This document shows, one piece after another, positions 61,995 to 64,000 of a stretch of 64,000 nucleotides of DNA; positions within the stretch are counted from its first letter, which is position 1, and every line of letters starts with the position of its first letter. A program made the position numbers and the translations under genes. The notes below the pieces were generated by a model. It saw only the letters and a program-made list of their open reading frames with translations, did not search any database and was not told the DNA's origin. Source of the DNA: an uncultured Nitrososphaerota archaeon (lineage in GTDB: Archaea; Thermoproteota; Nitrososphaeria; Nitrososphaerales; CADDZS01). The DNA is taken from contig CAWCYI010000006.1 of NCBI GenBank assembly GCA_963799845.1, positions 896,001 through 960,000 on the forward strand, in the 5' to 3' direction.

Positions 61995-62802
61995 CGAGAG
62001 AAACATGGTGGAACTCATAATCGAGCGTGACTTTCGTACATTCTTTACCGACCGCTTCCTTCTCGTTGTGATGTTCGTGAACTTTACGATAGACCTGGGA
62101 GTCACCGGCTTGAGCCTCGCGGCAATGGTAAAGGGGTTCAACTATTTCCTGTATGTCGCGCCGGGAGCGAACCTGGTAACGGCGACGGTCGCCGCATTCC
62201 AGTCCGGCAGGGACATATGGCGGGAACGGATCCTCCACAATACGCAGGACTATTTGCTGACACTGCCATTCTCCAGAAGAAAGTTTGCCTTCTCAAGGCT
62301 CCTCTCCGGCATGCTCAGGACGACCGTCACGACGCTTCCGGGAACAATCGTGGTATCTCTACTTTACCGCCTCTCGTTTCCACTGTTTTTGGTGGGACTC
62401 ACGATAATGTTCATTTTTTCAGCAAGCGTGATAGGTTTGTCCGTCGTCGCGGCCGCACTAGCCAATGGGCTAGAACTTTTCACGACAGCTAGGAGCACCG
62501 TAACTGTGTATCTTTCGTTCTTCAGTACGCAATTTTATCCAGCATCCATTCTTCCGGCGCCGATTGTGATTGTTGCACAGTTCAATCCGATGACTTGGGC
62601 GGTTGATGCGTTCCGGAGTTTGCAGGTTGGTACAGTTGACCTTTCCCAGCTCAGCTGCGCTCTCAGCTCTTTCACTTGTTCTTCTACTGACGGGATACGC
62701 ATGCTACAGAAAAGTGATGATCTTCTAACGTTACCAACGAGCCTCCTGACCTTTCACAAGGCAGGCTTCTCCACGATTAATAGCTCAGTCATTCCAGTCT
62801 AG
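61987..62802 (+). CDS. ABC-2 permease (3' end probably frameshifted)
   Basis: FYPASILP...NPMTWAVDAFR. Confidence 0.85.
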   Translation: MGSERNMVELIIERDFRTFFTDRFLLVVMFVNFTIDLGVTGLSLAAMVKGFNYFLYVAPGANLVTATVAAFQSGRDIWRERILHNTQDYLLTLPFSRRKFAFSRLLSGMLRTTVTTLPGTIVVSLLYRLSFPLFLVGLTIMFIFSASVIGLSVVAAALANGLELFTTARSTVTVYLSFFSTQFYPASILPAPIVIVAQFNPMTWAVDAFRSLQVGTVDLSQLSCALSSFTCSSTDGIRMLQKSDDLLTLPTSLLTFHKAGFSTINSSVIPV

Positions 62803-62976
62803 GCTTAGCTTCTATTCCAGCTTGGCAAGAGCCCTTTAGCGGAACCCCGGCTTGAACAAATACTCTCTGCTTGGTATGATATCTGCTACATTTCGGTTTC
62901 TAGTAGCCGCCGGATTTTTCGCGATAACCAAACATGATAATAATATGGGAGTCTCGGATTATCATGATAAATCGGT

Positions 62977-63147
62977 ATGAAGGGTAAAAATACGAGTGGA
63001 CGTGCTGGAAAAAGGAAACTGAAGACGGGTTTCGCTGCAATGTCAAAGGAAAAGCGGATAGAAGCAGCAAGAAAGGGAGGGAGGGCGACAGCTGAGAGCA
63101 AGGGCGAGGCGTCATTAACCGTCCTAGTGTTCCCTCAAATGTCTTGA
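62977..63147 (+). CDS. KGG-motif general stress protein (below ORF-track cutoff)
   Basis: TGFAAMSKEKRIEAARKGG. Confidence 0.7.
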   Translation: MKGKNTSGRAGKRKLKTGFAAMSKEKRIEAARKGGRATAESKGEASLTVLVFPQMS

Positions 63148-63241
63148 TCCTGTAGTTCTATATTATAAGACTCCGGCAGACTGGGTCGTCTGCACTAACA
63201 GACGACAAGTTTAATGAAACCCCTCGGTCCTGGCGCGGCTC

Positions 63242-63639
63242 TTGAAGCTCATGAAGGAAATCCAGCCAATTAAAATAAAGTGGATTCAAGGAAACGAGAA
63301 TCAAAAGTGGCCGAAACACGGGCGATCCAAATCAATCAAGGTGGTCACGCAAATAAGAGCACGAGCACCTTCGTGCGCGAGTTGCGAGCTACCAATCTTA
63401 TTCACGCTGTCAAAGGCTCCTGATGGAATGCGAGCCAAGGCAATAATTCAAGAAGTAATCGCAAACTGGTTTAGCGACTTCTCAGAGGACGACCGTCGGG
63501 CGAGGTATGCAGAGTCTAGGAAAAAGGTAACTCAGACGATCATAAAATTTTCAAAGAAGAATCTTGCACTGAAGGATCAAGTCTTCTCAGAGCCCATCGG
63601 AACTTGGAGAATTAAGCCAAAGGGGGCGCGTCCGAGTGT
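63242..63639 (+). pseudogene. Mrr-N-like winged-helix protein interrupted by IS110-B
   Basis: similar to 33329-33789 up to WRIKPKGA, then IS sequence. Confidence 0.65.
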
Positions 63640-64000
63640 CTCCCGTGAAAATCTTCTATTGAAGAAGGAATATTAAACATCATCAAGTCACTCCTGTCTG
63701 CCTGCTATTTTCCTTTTTTCTCCGATTGTGACGGCCAAGCATGCGATCAAGATTCGTTGAGTACTGCTCCAGTACGCTAACGTCCGATGAAAGGCTTTTG
63801 GCTAGCTCTGGAACGCTCTCTGGTAGTATCGCGTCTTTGATGACTCTTTGAGCATTGAAGGATGTTTGCCTCATCTTCTTCGCTGTCAGATACTTGTCCT
63901 CCTCGACGTACCTCTGCTTGAATGTAAGCATCTTCCAGACAATGCAGGCGAGTTTCCTTGCAGCATCAACCTGAGCCTCCTGAGGAGCTTTCCCCCTCTT
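63640..64000 (-). mobile_element. IS110-B copy 2, right end (runs off the window)
   Basis: reverse complement of about 32572-32932; identical C-terminal peptide. Confidence 0.93.

Overview
Archaeal accessory region, most consistent with Nitrososphaerota (MutS-domain ATPase, ISH3, DUF3368/UPF0175, C2H2 proteins, cyclase-TPR paralogues). The lineage is inferred from gene style only. There are no core housekeeping operons, rRNA, complete tRNA or CRISPR-cas. It holds five or six toxin-antitoxin modules or remnants, transporters (Pit, NRAMP, APC, ABC-2) and small enzymes. It also holds many IS elements: two IS110 types, two identical IS630 copies, IS3, ISH3, IS701 and an IS605-type tnpB. Many genes carry single frameshifts, from long-read error or decay. 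Three structures stand out. (1) A 4.55-kb AT-rich element (55061-59613) has ~81-87-bp (CA)n-containing terminal inverted repeats and a 10-bp target duplication. It encodes an unusual rve/DDE integrase and a virus-like operon of nine tiny overlapping ORFs. (2) About 20 mostly co-oriented dispersed repeats consist of a hairpin, a tRNA T-arm-like segment and the AATTTA-CTAG-TAAA palindrome, and they mark gene-block junctions. (3) Two IS110 elements have bridge-RNA guide loops readable in the DNA. One is programmed against the repeat palindrome in (2) and sits inside a copy of it.
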